Origin: Candidatus Aminicenantaceae bacterium | GTDB lineage: Bacteria > Acidobacteriota > Aminicenantia > Aminicenantales > Aminicenantaceae | DNA length: 64,000 nt | Assembly (NCBI GenBank): GCA_041862375.1 | Contig: JBGVTE010000091.1 | Coordinates: 18,975 to 82,974 of the forward strand | Reading direction: 5' to 3' | Shown: one piece after another, positions 14,843 through 25,610 of the stretch | Position numbering within the stretch: the first letter of the stretch is position 1 | How the letters are laid out: every line of letters begins with the position of its first letter | Translations under genes and position numbers: made by a program | The notes under the pieces: model-generated | The model's input: the letters and a program-made list of their open reading frames with translations, nothing else | Databases searched by the model: none | What the model was told of the DNA's origin: nothing

Positions 14843-17668
14843 ATGATAAAGCAAAAAATAATCCTTTTATTTTTTGGGCTTTTTTTCCTCTACTCCATGC
14901 AATCTTTAGCTATTGAAACTGGGGAAATCCAAGGAAAAGTTCATGATGAAAAAGGAATTGGATTGCCGGGAGTTGAAATCACAGCCGTAAGCAGCAGCCT
15001 CCAGGGAGTGCGAACTGCAATTTCCTCAAAAACTGGTGAATTTCACTTTCCTCTGCTCCCCGTGGGGAATTATAACCTAGTTTTTAAGCTCGAAGGATTT
15101 AATCCTCTTGTCCAGAAAAACGTGATTGTCCGCTTGGGAATGGCGACAAGTCTAAAAGTAAAAATGGAGATATCCGAAATTCAGGAAGAAATTGTCGTCA
15201 CGGCAGAAAGGCCCCTGATTGATAAGACTTCGATTGATACCAGCTACCGACTGAGCAGTGAAGATCTTGAAAAAATACCTGCCCAGAATCGTACAGTTGT
15301 CGATGTAGTTAAATTCACACCTGGAGTGAGCGGAGTCAGAGCCAATACCCGCAGAGGGCAAGCTATAGAGGGCCAGCCAAGTTTCCGCGGAGAAGGAGAA
15401 GAAGGAAACAACTGGATTGTTGATGGCCTCTCAATCAGCGGTGTAAGGCTGAAAAATTCAGGCATGAAACTGAATCTTGACTCGATTGAGGAAATACAGA
15501 TCATCTCTGATCCCTTCAGTCCAGAATTTGGCTCTGCCTATGGAGGCATAATTAACATGGTCACAAAGAGCGGAAGTAATGATTTTCAGGGAGAACTTTC
15601 CCTTGTCTTTATGAATAAACATCTCCAATCCGCTCGCCAGGAACAGCTCTCAATCGTGACTGAACCTGAGTATTTTTCAAACTACAACTGGTATTTTAAC
15701 CTGGGCGGCCCCTTGATTAAGGATAAGCTGTGGTTTTTTATTTCCAATAACCTCTATTGGGACACTGAAGAGACAAGGGACAGCTCATTGGATTACTTTT
15801 TTATTGAAGGAGGCAAAAAAACTATACGAAATAATAATCTCTTTGCAAAACTAAGCTATTCTCTAAACAGCAACCATAACCTTTCGTTAACTGGTGTATT
15901 ACATAAATCACTCAGACAGAAAGGGGGAACAGGGATTCCTGATGTATACGAAGAAAAACACTTTACTGATACAATTCTCCGGGTCAATTACAAAGGAATT
16001 CTGAATGCTTCAACTTTTATTGAGGCAGGCTTAGGTCAGGCAAAAAGAGATTCTCTCATAGAACCAACGGATGGAGACTTAGGCCCTGCCATGTATTTTA
16101 TCGAAGACATCGCTCAAAACATTCACAACTCATACGGTAATATTACTGACAACCATAAGAGGTTTGATTTCAGCTTCAAGCTTACTAAACATCTGGAGAC
16201 TGATACTTTCGGCAACCACGAACTAAGCTTTGGGTTTGAATACTATAATTTTTCTTCTGAATTCTGGGTTGATTTTACCGGCAAAGAAGAAGATCCCTTT
16301 CCCCAGAATGGCTTTGACAGCGGAACAAAATATTCCTTTGAGACATGGAAAGGCGGAAGAGGGACTCCTACCTTTCTCTATGAGTATGGTGAATTCAGCT
16401 TTTTAAATTCTGCTCTCGGAATTGGGCTTTTCTTCAAGGATAAAGTTTCCTGGAACAGGTTTACCTTAATGGCAGGTTTTCGCACCCAAACCCAGCTCTG
16501 CCGCGATGAACAAGGAAATAAGCTATGGTCCTGGAATTTACAGGATTTCCTTTCTCCCCGCTTTTCACTTGCAGTAGATTTGACAGGAGACGGCTCGAAC
16601 GTGATTAAACTCGGTTGGGGAAGATTTTCAGATGTAATTACCACCATGCCCTTAGGATTATTCAGCTCAGGAGCAGGTCTAACATTCAGCAGATACAAAT
16701 GGAATAGTCACCAGAATCCCTCTCCTATTGAATTGCATCAAGGTTCAAACTGGGAATTCATCGACGAGCAAAAAAGCCAGTCCTTTGAAATCTCCCCTGG
16801 AATGACTCCCAATTTTGCCACCCGTTACCTCATCGAATATGACCGTAAGTTAGGTGCTAACTGGGCGCTTAAGACTCGCTACGTCCGCTTGAAAGCAGAA
16901 TATCTCCTTGAGGTGCTTGCTGTACTCGACCTCGAAACCGAGAATAATTACAAATTTCTCTATGATAATTTCGAACATAAAAGAAGGAATTATTCAGGCG
17001 TTGAAGTTGAACTCAACGGAAGAATCGGGCAAAATTTCTTCCTCAATTCCTCTTACAGCTATTCTTCCTCCAAGGGAACTAATCCTGGACAGAGTGAGTC
17101 TGGCTCCTGGAGCCAGGAAGAAGGAAGCACCACCTATATCGGTCTCTTCGGAAATCATCTGTACGTGCCTGATATTCCTGAATTAAAAAAAATGAAAGAG
17201 TTCATAGACTGGGCTCTTGGTGGATTAGGCGGAAGGGGAATCGGAGACGAAGGCTGGTATGGAAAGCTGCCCTATGCGCTTGACCACAATATCAAAATCA
17301 ACCTCGTCTATCTTTTCCCTTTTGGGGTGAGTTTATCTACTTCCTTTGAATGGTTGTCGGGTTACTACTGGGAAAAATTGGGTCTTGTTCCTTTATTTGG
17401 TTACTACGCCCTTCCAGAAGGAAGGGGCACACGAAAAACACCTGCCCATGCCTACCTTGATGTCGGCCTGGAGAAAGAATTTCAGCTCAAAAACTCTGGA
17501 AAAGGCTTTCCGCATGGATTAAAACTAGCTCTAAGACTTGACATGTTCAACCTTCTTAACAGTCAGGAGCCTATTTCATACGTTAAAGAAGACACTGCTA
17601 TTTTTGGTGCTGTTTGGGGGAGGCAGCAACCCCGCCAGGCTCGGATGATGATTAAGCTTAAGTGGTAG
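14843..17668 (+). CDS. Oar-like TonB-dependent outer-membrane receptor (CarboxypepD_reg domain + plug + beta-barrel)
   Basis: Signal peptide (MIKQKIILLFFGLFFLYSMQSLA) after a GAGGG RBS. N-terminal carboxypeptidase-regulatory-like domain. Plug motifs (VVTAERP..., VVKFTPGVS). C-terminal aromatic residue (W). The ORF-track start at 14738 lacks a signal peptide, so the internal ATG at 14843 is preferred. Confidence 0.7.
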   Translation: MIKQKIILLFFGLFFLYSMQSLAIETGEIQGKVHDEKGIGLPGVEITAVSSSLQGVRTAISSKTGEFHFPLLPVGNYNLVFKLEGFNPLVQKNVIVRLGMATSLKVKMEISEIQEEIVVTAERPLIDKTSIDTSYRLSSEDLEKIPAQNRTVVDVVKFTPGVSGVRANTRRGQAIEGQPSFRGEGEEGNNWIVDGLSISGVRLKNSGMKLNLDSIEEIQIISDPFSPEFGSAYGGIINMVTKSGSNDFQGELSLVFMNKHLQSARQEQLSIVTEPEYFSNYNWYFNLGGPLIKDKLWFFISNNLYWDTEETRDSSLDYFFIEGGKKTIRNNNLFAKLSYSLNSNHNLSLTGVLHKSLRQKGGTGIPDVYEEKHFTDTILRVNYKGILNASTFIEAGLGQAKRDSLIEPTDGDLGPAMYFIEDIAQNIHNSYGNITDNHKRFDFSFKLTKHLETDTFGNHELSFGFEYYNFSSEFWVDFTGKEEDPFPQNGFDSGTKYSFETWKGGRGTPTFLYEYGEFSFLNSALGIGLFFKDKVSWNRFTLMAGFRTQTQLCRDEQGNKLWSWNLQDFLSPRFSLAVDLTGDGSNVIKLGWGRFSDVITTMPLGLFSSGAGLTFSRYKWNSHQNPSPIELHQGSNWEFIDEQKSQSFEISPGMTPNFATRYLIEYDRKLGANWALKTRYVRLKAEYLLEVLAVLDLETENNYKFLYDNFEHKRRNYSGVEVELNGRIGQNFFLNSSYSYSSSKGTNPGQSESGSWSQEEGSTTYIGLFGNHLYVPDIPELKKMKEFIDWALGGLGGRGIGDEGWYGKLPYALDHNIKINLVYLFPFGVSLSTSFEWLSGYYWEKLGLVPLFGYYALPEGRGTRKTPAHAYLDVGLEKEFQLKNSGKGFPHGLKLALRLDMFNLLNSQEPISYVKEDTAIFGAVWGRQQPRQARMMIKLKW

Positions 17669-17768
17669 GGATTGAAAAGCACTATCCTTAGTTGAAGGGA
17701 ATGATTCTATTTCCCTATAGAGGAAAACAATTAACACTTATCACGAAGGAGAAAAATAGAATCGTCCC

Positions 17769-19598
17769 CTATTCCACTGTGACGCTTTTTGCCAGATTAC
17801 GGGGTTGGTCTACATCAGCTCCCCGTTTAGTGGCAACATAATAGGCAAAAAGCTGTAGGGGAAGTACAGTTAAAAGAGGAGAAAAAAGAGGGTGTACCGG
17901 AGGAATGGGGATAACCCTGTCGACTTTCCCTTTTATCTCTTCATCGTCTTCAAAAGCCACCGCTATGACATATCCATCGCGAGTTTTAACTTCAGAGATA
18001 TTGCTCATCATCTTTTCATAAACTCTATCCTTGGGAACTATTGCCATAGTCGGCATTTTGTCATCAATAAGGGCAATTGGTCCGTGCTTCATTTCTCCTC
18101 CCGGATAGGCTTCTGCATGAATGTAGGAAATTTCCTTCAGTTTAAGGGCTCCCTCCAAGGCAGCAGGAAAATTAACCCAGCGTCCCAGATATAGAAAGTG
18201 GAAAAGAGATATAAAATTGTGAGCAATTTCCTCGATCGACTTTGCCTGACTGAGAATTTTCTCCATTTTATTAGGTAGACGCTGCAATTCCTGAATGATG
18301 GAAAGAGATGATTTTTTATCAATCTTCCTCTTCAACTGGGCTAAATACAGAGCCAAGAGTGCTAAAGCTATCATCTGGGCAGAGAAGGTCTTCGTTGCTG
18401 CAACCCCAATTTCAGGCCCTGCATGGGTGTAAAGAACCCCTTCTGCTTTCCTTGCTATGGAAGAGTTTACAACATTCGAGATGGCAAGAGTGGTGGAGTT
18501 CTTTTCTTTGAGAGCCTGCAAGGCGGCCAAGGTGTCAGCTGTCTCTCCTGATTGCGAAATAACAACAGCAAAATCACTATTGTCGAGGAGAAAATCTCGA
18601 TAGCGGTATTCAGAAGAATACTCAACATCAACAGGAATCTGGGCTAAACTTTCAAGCATATATTTTCCAACCAATCCAGCATGATAGGATGTACCACAGG
18701 CAATAATAACTACTCTCTGTATATTCTTTAAGAATTGGGAAGATATCCCTATCTCATTTAACAAGACTTTGCCTGAATCAAGGGATATTCTTCCGTGAAG
18801 AGTATCTCTCACGACTTGAGGCTGTTCAAATATCTCTTTGAGCATAAAATGTTTAAAACCTCTCTTCTCAATCATCAGAGGGCTCCATAATATCTCATCC
18901 GCTTTTTTGTTAAGTTCTTTTCCATTAAAATCCCTAAACTTTACACCATCAGGTTTAACAACAGCCATTTCCCTGTCCTCAAGAAATACAACTTTCTTCG
19001 TATGGGGAAGAATAGGATTGATATCAGAAGAGACGAAGTATTCTCCCTCACCTAAACCAATCGCAGCAGGAGGTCCCAGCTTTGCTGCAACAATTTTCTT
19101 GGGATCCCGTGTGGAAATAACAGCTATGGCATAAGCTCCCTCAAGCTCATTTAGAGCTTTAAGGATGGCTTCTTCAAGGTTGCCCTTAAAATATTTCTCT
19201 ATAAGATGGGCGATAATTTCTGTATCAGTCTCTGTGACGAATGAATGGCCCTCTTCTTTTAATATATTTTTTAAATAGAGATAGTTTTCGATAATGCCAT
19301 TATGAACCACAACTAATGACTCGGTACAGTCCCGGTGAGGATGAGCATTTTCTTCCGAAGGAGAGCCATGGGTTGCCCATCTGGTATGACCTATTCCATA
19401 GTCTCCTTCAAGAGGAAAAGATTTCAGGCTCTCTTCGAGAAGAGGAATTTTTCCCTTAACACGCCTGATATTCAGCTTCCCATTGCTTACGACAGCAATA
19501 CCCGCTGAATCATATCCTCTGTACTCAAGCCTTTTTAGTCCATCCAGTAAGACCGAAACAATATTTTTAGAGCCTATATAGCCGATAATCCCGCACAT
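17769..19598 (-). CDS. glmS: Glutamine--fructose-6-phosphate aminotransferase
   Basis: N-terminal MCGIIGYIG Ntn-amidotransferase start. Two SIS domains. C-terminal ...VTVE. Confidence 0.95.
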   Translation of the reverse strand: MCGIIGYIGSKNIVSVLLDGLKRLEYRGYDSAGIAVVSNGKLNIRRVKGKIPLLEESLKSFPLEGDYGIGHTRWATHGSPSEENAHPHRDCTESLVVVHNGIIENYLYLKNILKEEGHSFVTETDTEIIAHLIEKYFKGNLEEAILKALNELEGAYAIAVISTRDPKKIVAAKLGPPAAIGLGEGEYFVSSDINPILPHTKKVVFLEDREMAVVKPDGVKFRDFNGKELNKKADEILWSPLMIEKRGFKHFMLKEIFEQPQVVRDTLHGRISLDSGKVLLNEIGISSQFLKNIQRVVIIACGTSYHAGLVGKYMLESLAQIPVDVEYSSEYRYRDFLLDNSDFAVVISQSGETADTLAALQALKEKNSTTLAISNVVNSSIARKAEGVLYTHAGPEIGVAATKTFSAQMIALALLALYLAQLKRKIDKKSSLSIIQELQRLPNKMEKILSQAKSIEEIAHNFISLFHFLYLGRWVNFPAALEGALKLKEISYIHAEAYPGGEMKHGPIALIDDKMPTMAIVPKDRVYEKMMSNISEVKTRDGYVIAVAFEDDEEIKGKVDRVIPIPPVHPLFSPLLTVLPLQLFAYYVATKRGADVDQPRNLAKSVTVE

Positions 19599-20977
19599 TA
19601 CTTTTTCTTCTTCCGTTTAGTCCATCCGGGCTTTTCAACTTGCGTGGCGCGTTCAACAGCTAAAGCTTCAGCCTTTACATCTTTTGTTATGGTAGAGCCA
19701 GCTCCTATGTAAGCTTTTTTGCCAATCCTGAGAGGCGCCACCAATTCTGTTCCTGAGCCAATAAATGCTCCTGCCTCAATGTAGGTCTTATACTTTTTAA
19801 AGCCATCATAATTACAGGAAATCGTACCCGCTCCTATATTAACATCTTGCTCCACCTCACAATCTCCCAGGTAGGTGAGGTGTCCTGCTTTTGACCTCGG
19901 ACCAAAAGTTGTGTTTTTCATCTCAACAAAATTTCCAACTTTGGCGCCTGAACGAATGACTGTCTTTGGCCTTAAATGGGCAAAAGGCCCTACTTTGGCA
20001 TCGTCCTCTATAATGCTCTCCTCTATGAAAGTAGAACTAAAAATCTTGACACGATTTCCCACCCTGGAGTTTATAAGATGGACAAAAGGGAATAGCTGGC
20101 AACTGTTTCCAATCCTCGTATTTCCCTCAACAATAACAGAAGAATATATGATAGTATCCATGCCTATTCGAACATCCAAGTCTATCCAGGTATTTTTGGG
20201 ATCATAGATCGTAACTCCATCATCGGTAAGTGCTTTGATTTTTCGATCTCTCAGCAGCTCAGCTGCCTTGGCCATTTCTAACCGCGTGTTGATTCCCAGA
20301 ACTTCTTCAGGTCGAGAAGTTTTATAAACACCGGTCTTTTTATCCTGTAGAGATATAACTTCGACAACATCTGTCAGATAGTACTCTCCCTTTTTATTTT
20401 GATTTGAAATCTTCGGCAGCGCCTGGAGGAGGTCTTCAATTCTGCAAACATATACTCCAACGTTTATCCTTTTTATCTTCTTCTGAGCAGGAGTTGCATC
20501 TTTCTCTTCAATGATCCTTATTACATTATTTTCACAGCGAATAAGACGTCCAAATCCTTCAGGATTATCCAGCTCAGCACTCATGAAAGTCATGCAATTT
20601 CCCTCGCGGCGATGAAAGGTCAACAGAGACTTCAAAGTTTCCGGTGCGATCACGGGTAAATCGCCATTGATAATGAGTACATCTTTTTCTTTTTCTGTTT
20701 TTAAAAATTTTCTAGATGCCAGAACAGCATGAGCTGTCCCCAGTTGGTGTTGCTGGAAAATAAAATTCACATAAGGAGAAGATATTTCTCTTATCACTTC
20801 ATTTTTTTGATAGCCAACAACTATATAAATTTTTTCAGGTTTTAATTTCTGAACACAGTCCACTACTAACTGAAGCATTGATTTTCCCATGATCTTATGG
20901 AGGACTTTAATTCTTTCTGATTTAAACCTGGTTCCCTGTCCAGCGGCAAGGACAAGGGCGACAATCCCTTGTTTCAT
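19598..20977 (-). CDS. glmU: Bifunctional UDP-N-acetylglucosamine pyrophosphorylase / glucosamine-1-phosphate N-acetyltransferase
   Basis: N-terminal LVLAAGQGTRFKS nucleotidyltransferase motif. C-terminal left-handed beta-helix hexapeptide repeats. Stop overlaps the glmS start. Confidence 0.9.
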   Translation of the reverse strand: MKQGIVALVLAAGQGTRFKSERIKVLHKIMGKSMLQLVVDCVQKLKPEKIYIVVGYQKNEVIREISSPYVNFIFQQHQLGTAHAVLASRKFLKTEKEKDVLIINGDLPVIAPETLKSLLTFHRREGNCMTFMSAELDNPEGFGRLIRCENNVIRIIEEKDATPAQKKIKRINVGVYVCRIEDLLQALPKISNQNKKGEYYLTDVVEVISLQDKKTGVYKTSRPEEVLGINTRLEMAKAAELLRDRKIKALTDDGVTIYDPKNTWIDLDVRIGMDTIIYSSVIVEGNTRIGNSCQLFPFVHLINSRVGNRVKIFSSTFIEESIIEDDAKVGPFAHLRPKTVIRSGAKVGNFVEMKNTTFGPRSKAGHLTYLGDCEVEQDVNIGAGTISCNYDGFKKYKTYIEAGAFIGSGTELVAPLRIGKKAYIGAGSTITKDVKAEALAVERATQVEKPGWTKRKKKK

Positions 20978-21480
20978 TTCATCCTGGTGATGAGTAAGAA
21001 TTTTTTATCTTCTCGGAGGGATTCAAAATCTCTCTCATTCTGTGCTAATATCTTGAAATTTTTATCAATTTGAATGGCTTTTCTTAAATGTTCTAGACAG
21101 TTATCCGTGTCTCCCATCAAACAGTAGACATCTGCCAATAAATAGAAAATTTTTCCTTCTTGGGGATTTAATTCCTGAGCTTTTTTGAGTAATTTCAGAG
21201 CTTCCTCATATTCTCCGCTGTTAATCTTATAAATGCTGTATTGATAATAGTCGTTAAAGGTCTTTAGTTTAATCGATGTTTCCTCCAGCCGTTCGTTACA
21301 GATTGACAAATAAATATGTGCCCGATCAACAAGCTCCTTTTCAGTGCAATATTTTTCCAAAAATGTCTTGAGCAATTCTACAGCCTTTTGAAATTCCCCT
21401 TTGTGGAAGGCCTTCATGGCAGTACTGTAAGCTAAGAGCACTTTATCATAATCGCTCTTTTTTGCTGCCTGTTTAGTCAC
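20974..21480 (-). CDS. TPR-repeat protein
   Basis: Repeated A..A...Y...G.Y..A TPR-like 34-aa units. Overlaps the glmU start by 4 nt. Confidence 0.6.
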   Translation of the reverse strand: MTKQAAKKSDYDKVLLAYSTAMKAFHKGEFQKAVELLKTFLEKYCTEKELVDRAHIYLSICNERLEETSIKLKTFNDYYQYSIYKINSGEYEEALKLLKKAQELNPQEGKIFYLLADVYCLMGDTDNCLEHLRKAIQIDKNFKILAQNERDFESLREDKKFLLITRMK

Positions 21481-21734
21481 TTTTCTATCCTGAGAGAAAA
21501 CATGGATTTTAATTTCCCTAATTCTATATCAGAATGCTGGCTTTGACAAGAAAAAAATAACTGTAATCATCTATTTTTCCGTGATTAGAGATGAAGCAGT
21601 CATCAGCAAGGAGGTATGCGGCTTCCCTGATTGTCAATTATGAATACATTTCATCATTAATAGCAATTAAATATTCTTTTAACGAAAAATCCCATAGACA
21701 GGAAGACAAGTGAGACGAAATAGACTGTTTCATT

Positions 21735-22571
21735 TCAGACAAAAGTCCAAAATTCAGGATTATCTGTAATAAAATTAACAGTTTTTACATGGAGACTGTG
21801 GCCTGCTTTATGTGCCTTGAAATGGCCAAGGACTGGGTAGCCAAGGAGGAACAAGTCGCCGATCAAATCTAAAATTTTATGCCGGACAAACTCATCTGGA
21901 TAGCGGAGAGGACCGTTTATGACTTCCTTTTCATCAAGAACAATAGCATTCTCCAAAGAACCACCTAGGGCCAATCCTTCTTCGAGAAGATAAGGAACAT
22001 CCTTTAAAAATCCGAAAGTTCGGGCTGGAGCAATCTCTTCAACAAAATTATGTTGATTAACAGTAAAATTTAATTCCTGACTTTTTATAGCTGGATGGTC
22101 GTACTCAATAGAGCAGGTGATCCTAAAAAGAGAATCGGGATAAAAGGAAACATAAGAATCATTCTCTTGAATTTTATGATGTTTTTTAATTTTTATATGA
22201 TTTCTCTTCTGGGGAAGTGATTTTATTCCCACCTTTTGAATGGCTCGAACAAAGGGATATGCACTCCCATCCATGATGGGAATCTCGCATCCCTTGAGTT
22301 CGATAACCAGGCTACTTACATTGAATACATAAAGTACAGCTAACAAATGTTCAATAGTCTGAATACTGCACTCTTCTTCAGTAAGAGAAGTAGAGCTTTT
22401 AGTCTCAATTCTTTTTGGATCGAGACTAAACTCTAAACTGTTTAAATCAGATCTACGAAAAAGTATCTTCCCCGAAGAGGATGGCCTTAAGAGAAGCTTA
22501 ACCTTCTTTCCGGAATGTATTCCGACTCCCTCTAAGCACACCTCTTTTTTAACTGTCTTTTTATCAACCAT
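21735..22571 (-). CDS. lpxC: UDP-3-O-acyl-N-acetylglucosamine deacetylase
   Basis: TIEHLLAVLYVFNVSSLVIELKGCEIPIMDGSAYPFV and the HKAGHSLH zinc-site context are typical of LpxC. Confidence 0.85.
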   Translation of the reverse strand: MVDKKTVKKEVCLEGVGIHSGKKVKLLLRPSSSGKILFRRSDLNSLEFSLDPKRIETKSSTSLTEEECSIQTIEHLLAVLYVFNVSSLVIELKGCEIPIMDGSAYPFVRAIQKVGIKSLPQKRNHIKIKKHHKIQENDSYVSFYPDSLFRITCSIEYDHPAIKSQELNFTVNQHNFVEEIAPARTFGFLKDVPYLLEEGLALGGSLENAIVLDEKEVINGPLRYPDEFVRHKILDLIGDLFLLGYPVLGHFKAHKAGHSLHVKTVNFITDNPEFWTFV

Positions 22572-22743
22572 TATCAGCTCACAAAAATCCTTTTCAAAAG
22601 CAGGATTCTCTCATTATTTATTCAGCCTTGCCAATATGTATTACAAGTATAGATTAGAAAGACAATCATATCAATCATATCAATATAGAATTTGGACTTA
22701 TAAAGTCTTTACGCTCTTCAGTCTATCTGGTAGAATCTTTCTG

Positions 22744-23487
22744 ATGAAATCGAAACTCGAAGAAATTCTAAACGAGGTTCACAAAGGGAAATTATCCCCT
22801 AAGGATGCACTGCAAGTTTTGAAAGATTATCCTTACCAGGATTTGAGCTTTGCAAAAATTGACCACCATCGGGAGGTAATAAAGGGCCTCCCAGAGATAG
22901 TTTTTGGCCTGGGAAAGACAGACAAACAAATCATAACTATTTCCTTAGAGATACTTAAGAAAGGTAGCAACCTCCTCATCACAAAAGTAGAAAAATCCCT
23001 TTTTGAAAAAATTAAGAAAAAAATACCTCAAGTTGCATACAATCCTCAGGCAAAAGCCATCTATCTCAAACAGAAAGAACCTCCTCCGGGAAAGGGAAAA
23101 ATAATTATTATGACTGCCGGGACTTCAGATATTCCTGTGGCTGAGGAAGCGTATGTAACAGCTGATATCTTGGGAAATAAAACAGAGAAGATATACGATG
23201 TTGGAGTGGCTGGACTCCACAGGTTGCTCGGGGAATATGAAAAAATTAGACAAGCAAGGGTAATTATAGTTGTTGCTGGCATGGAAGGTGCTCTGCCAAG
23301 TGTAGTGGCTGGGCTGACAAAAATCCCCATTATAGCTGTTCCTACTAGCGTCGGCTACGGAGCAAGCTTTAAGGGATTAGCAGCCCTTTTAGCGATGCTC
23401 AATTCTTGCCCAGGGGGAGTTGCTGTTGTAAATATCGACAATGGATTTGGTGCCGCATACTTAGCAAGCTCGATAAACCACCTCTAA
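22744..23487 (+). CDS. LarB-like / PurE-related AIR-carboxylase family protein (possible nickel-pincer cofactor biosynthesis LarB)
   Basis: C-terminal PurE fold (GKIIIMTAGTSDIPVAEEA...VIIVVAGMEGALPSVVAGLT..PIIAVPTS.GYG) preceded by a ~100-aa N-domain, as in LarB. The internal ATG at 22744 is preferred over 22636. Confidence 0.55.
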   Translation: MKSKLEEILNEVHKGKLSPKDALQVLKDYPYQDLSFAKIDHHREVIKGLPEIVFGLGKTDKQIITISLEILKKGSNLLITKVEKSLFEKIKKKIPQVAYNPQAKAIYLKQKEPPPGKGKIIIMTAGTSDIPVAEEAYVTADILGNKTEKIYDVGVAGLHRLLGEYEKIRQARVIIVVAGMEGALPSVVAGLTKIPIIAVPTSVGYGASFKGLAALLAMLNSCPGGVAVVNIDNGFGAAYLASSINHL

Positions 23488-23756
23488 TACAAGCGCTCAG
23501 GGCTGACTTAATACAGACATTTCCAAAACCTTAATGAAGTAAAGCTATTCATATAAGACGCATTGGGGTATGGAAGAAAGGACCTTAGAAGAACCTGCCT
23601 CAGATAAGAGCAAAGAGGGAATAAAGTCATTGAGCTTTTTGTACTCATTGAAGGCTGAAAGAGGTGTTAATTAAAGTTTTTAAACAGCAGGGCAGCAAGG
23701 CTGTGAAAATAGGCTCAAAATATTTATAACTTACTAATTTTTAGATACTTAGGCGC

Positions 23757-23785
23757 TTGACAATTGAGCCGTTCCTTCCTATATT
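23757..23785 (+). promoter_or_regulatory. Sigma-70-like promoter TTGACA-17-TATATT upstream of dnaG
   Basis: TTGACA at 23757-23762, a 17-nt spacer, then TATATT at 23780-23785. It lies inside the ORF-track version of dnaG (23764 start), arguing for the 23824 ATG. Confidence 0.5.
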
Positions 23786-23823
23786 TAATAGTAGTCTATA
23801 TTTCATCCTTTTTTTTGTTCACC

Positions 23824-25608
23824 ATGGAAATTGTTGACCAAATAAGGCAAATTGCAGGTATAGTTGATATTGCTTCACAGTACACTACTCTGAAAAAAAG
23901 GGGGAAAAAACACATCGGCCTCTGTCCTTTCCACTCTGAAAAAGACCCTTCTTTCACTGTTGACGATGAAAAACAGCTTTTTCATTGCTTCGGCTGCGGA
24001 GTTGGAGGAGATGTCTTTTCCCTTGTCATGGAAAAAGAAAACCTCAGTTTTCCTGAAGCTATAAGATATCTTGCCCAAAAATACAACATTCCACTTCCCA
24101 CAAAAAGAGAATTATCCCCACAATTCATCAAATTAGAAGAAAAATTACTCAAAATTAACGAAAGTGCTCTCGCCTTCTTTAAGAAGAACCTCTATAACAC
24201 CACAGAAGGTCGACAGGCACTTGAATATCTTAAAAAAAGAAATATTTCTGAAAAGACAATCCAGCAGCTGAAAATTGGCTATGCCTTGAATACCTGGACT
24301 TCTCTTCTTGATTTCTTCCAAGGAAAAGGAATTAAAGCAGATCTCCTGGAAAAAGCTGGATTAGCTCTTCCACGCCAAAAGAAAGAGGGCTACTACGACC
24401 GCTTCAGAGGTAGAATTATATTTCCAATATTTAATCTTACAGGAAAGGTGGTTGGTTTTGGTGGAAGGTCGGTTTCTAATGGAGATCCGAAATACCTCAA
24501 TTCTCCCGATACTCCTATCTATACAAAGGGAAACATACTCTACGGCTTTAATTTCAGCAAAGACTCTGTACGAGAAGCTGGTACCGTGATAATTGTTGAA
24601 GGCTACACAGATTTTGCTGCACTCTACCAAGCTGGGATTACGAATATTGCAGCCTCTTTGGGAACTAGTTTGACCTCCCGGCAAGTATCCCTTGCCTTTC
24701 GTTTTGCTCCGAAGATCATTGTCAATTACGATAGCGATTCAGCAGGTAAAGCAGCAGCTCAGAGGGCAATTTCCCTTTGTTTTGAAAAGGGAGTTCAGAT
24801 AAGGGTTTTACTCCTCCCTGACGGGCTTGACCCTGACAGTTTCCTCAGTAAACACGACGCTGAGCAGTATCAGATGCTCTTGGATAAGAGCGCTCCTGGA
24901 CTCAAGTTTATGATTGACTCTTTCCTTCAAGAAGGAAAAATGGATATTCCCGAAGAGAAAGCTTTTGTTGTAAAAAATGTTGTCAAGGAAATTGAAAAAA
25001 TACCTGATGCAATTGTTCGAAGTGAATACCTAAAACAAACAAGCGAACTCCTCTCTGTAGATGAAGAAGTGCTGAGGAGTATCATTCAACAAAAACTAGC
25101 AGAGAAATCAACTGAAGAAAGAGATCCTTTTTTGCCTGCTGAAAAAAGGCTCCTTCAAATTCTCATCGAAAACGACTCAATCGCTCCTCATGTTTTTGCC
25201 GAAATGAAAGAAGATGATTTTCACAGCTTAAAAGGGGAGCCAATATTCAAATTTTTCTTCAATTCTTTCAAGAAAAAGAATCCCATAACTTTTCACGAAT
25301 TGAATCAGGTAATAGAGCCAAAGCTTCTGAGTTCTTTATCTAAAGCTCTCCTGGAAAAGGGAAGCAATCCCACTGTGAATGAAGCTCTGGATTGTCTCTA
25401 CACGTTAAGACAACTCTATCTGGAAAATCGTTCAAAAGAACTCAAGGAGGAAATCATGAGGTCAGAAAGAAAGGGAGAAAAGGAAAAAATTACATCCCTT
25501 CTTAATCAAAGACAAGATATAGCTAAAAAATTATCGTTATTATCGAAACGAAATTATAAAAGCCTTAGTTATGATAAAAGGGATAGTCTACAAAAAGAGA
25601 GGTACTAA
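23824..25608 (+). CDS. dnaG: DNA primase
   Basis: CHC2 zinc finger ([13 protein letters not shown]...[13 protein letters not shown]). TOPRIM domain (IIVEGYTDF..., NYDSDSAG). Confidence 0.9.
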   Translation: MEIVDQIRQIAGIVDIASQYTTLKKRGKKHIGLCPFHSEKDPSFTVDDEKQLFHCFGCGVGGDVFSLVMEKENLSFPEAIRYLAQKYNIPLPTKRELSPQFIKLEEKLLKINESALAFFKKNLYNTTEGRQALEYLKKRNISEKTIQQLKIGYALNTWTSLLDFFQGKGIKADLLEKAGLALPRQKKEGYYDRFRGRIIFPIFNLTGKVVGFGGRSVSNGDPKYLNSPDTPIYTKGNILYGFNFSKDSVREAGTVIIVEGYTDFAALYQAGITNIAASLGTSLTSRQVSLAFRFAPKIIVNYDSDSAGKAAAQRAISLCFEKGVQIRVLLLPDGLDPDSFLSKHDAEQYQMLLDKSAPGLKFMIDSFLQEGKMDIPEEKAFVVKNVVKEIEKIPDAIVRSEYLKQTSELLSVDEEVLRSIIQQKLAEKSTEERDPFLPAEKRLLQILIENDSIAPHVFAEMKEDDFHSLKGEPIFKFFFNSFKKKNPITFHELNQVIEPKLLSSLSKALLEKGSNPTVNEALDCLYTLRQLYLENRSKELKEEIMRSERKGEKEKITSLLNQRQDIAKKLSLLSKRNYKSLSYDKRDSLQKERY

Positions 25609-25610
25609 AA

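Noticed and set aside
17690-17715. Convergent terminator hairpin between the TonB-receptor gene and glmS
   Set aside because: Only a 5-bp stem (gggaa...ttccc) with a 9-nt loop and no T-run. Too weak to call.
17769-19700. glmS ribozyme/riboswitch upstream of glmS
   Set aside because: The glmS start overlaps the glmU stop, so glmS is an internal operon gene and no 5' leader exists to hold a ribozyme.
23764-23823. Long N-terminal extension of dnaG (MSRSFLYLIVVYISSFFLFT) and the equivalent extensions of the DRG GTPase (42409) and TonB-dependent receptor (14738) ORFs
   Set aside because: For dnaG and DRG the extensions overlap near-consensus -35/-10 promoter hexamers. For the TonB receptor the extension lacks a signal peptide. 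The downstream ATGs give canonical N-termini.
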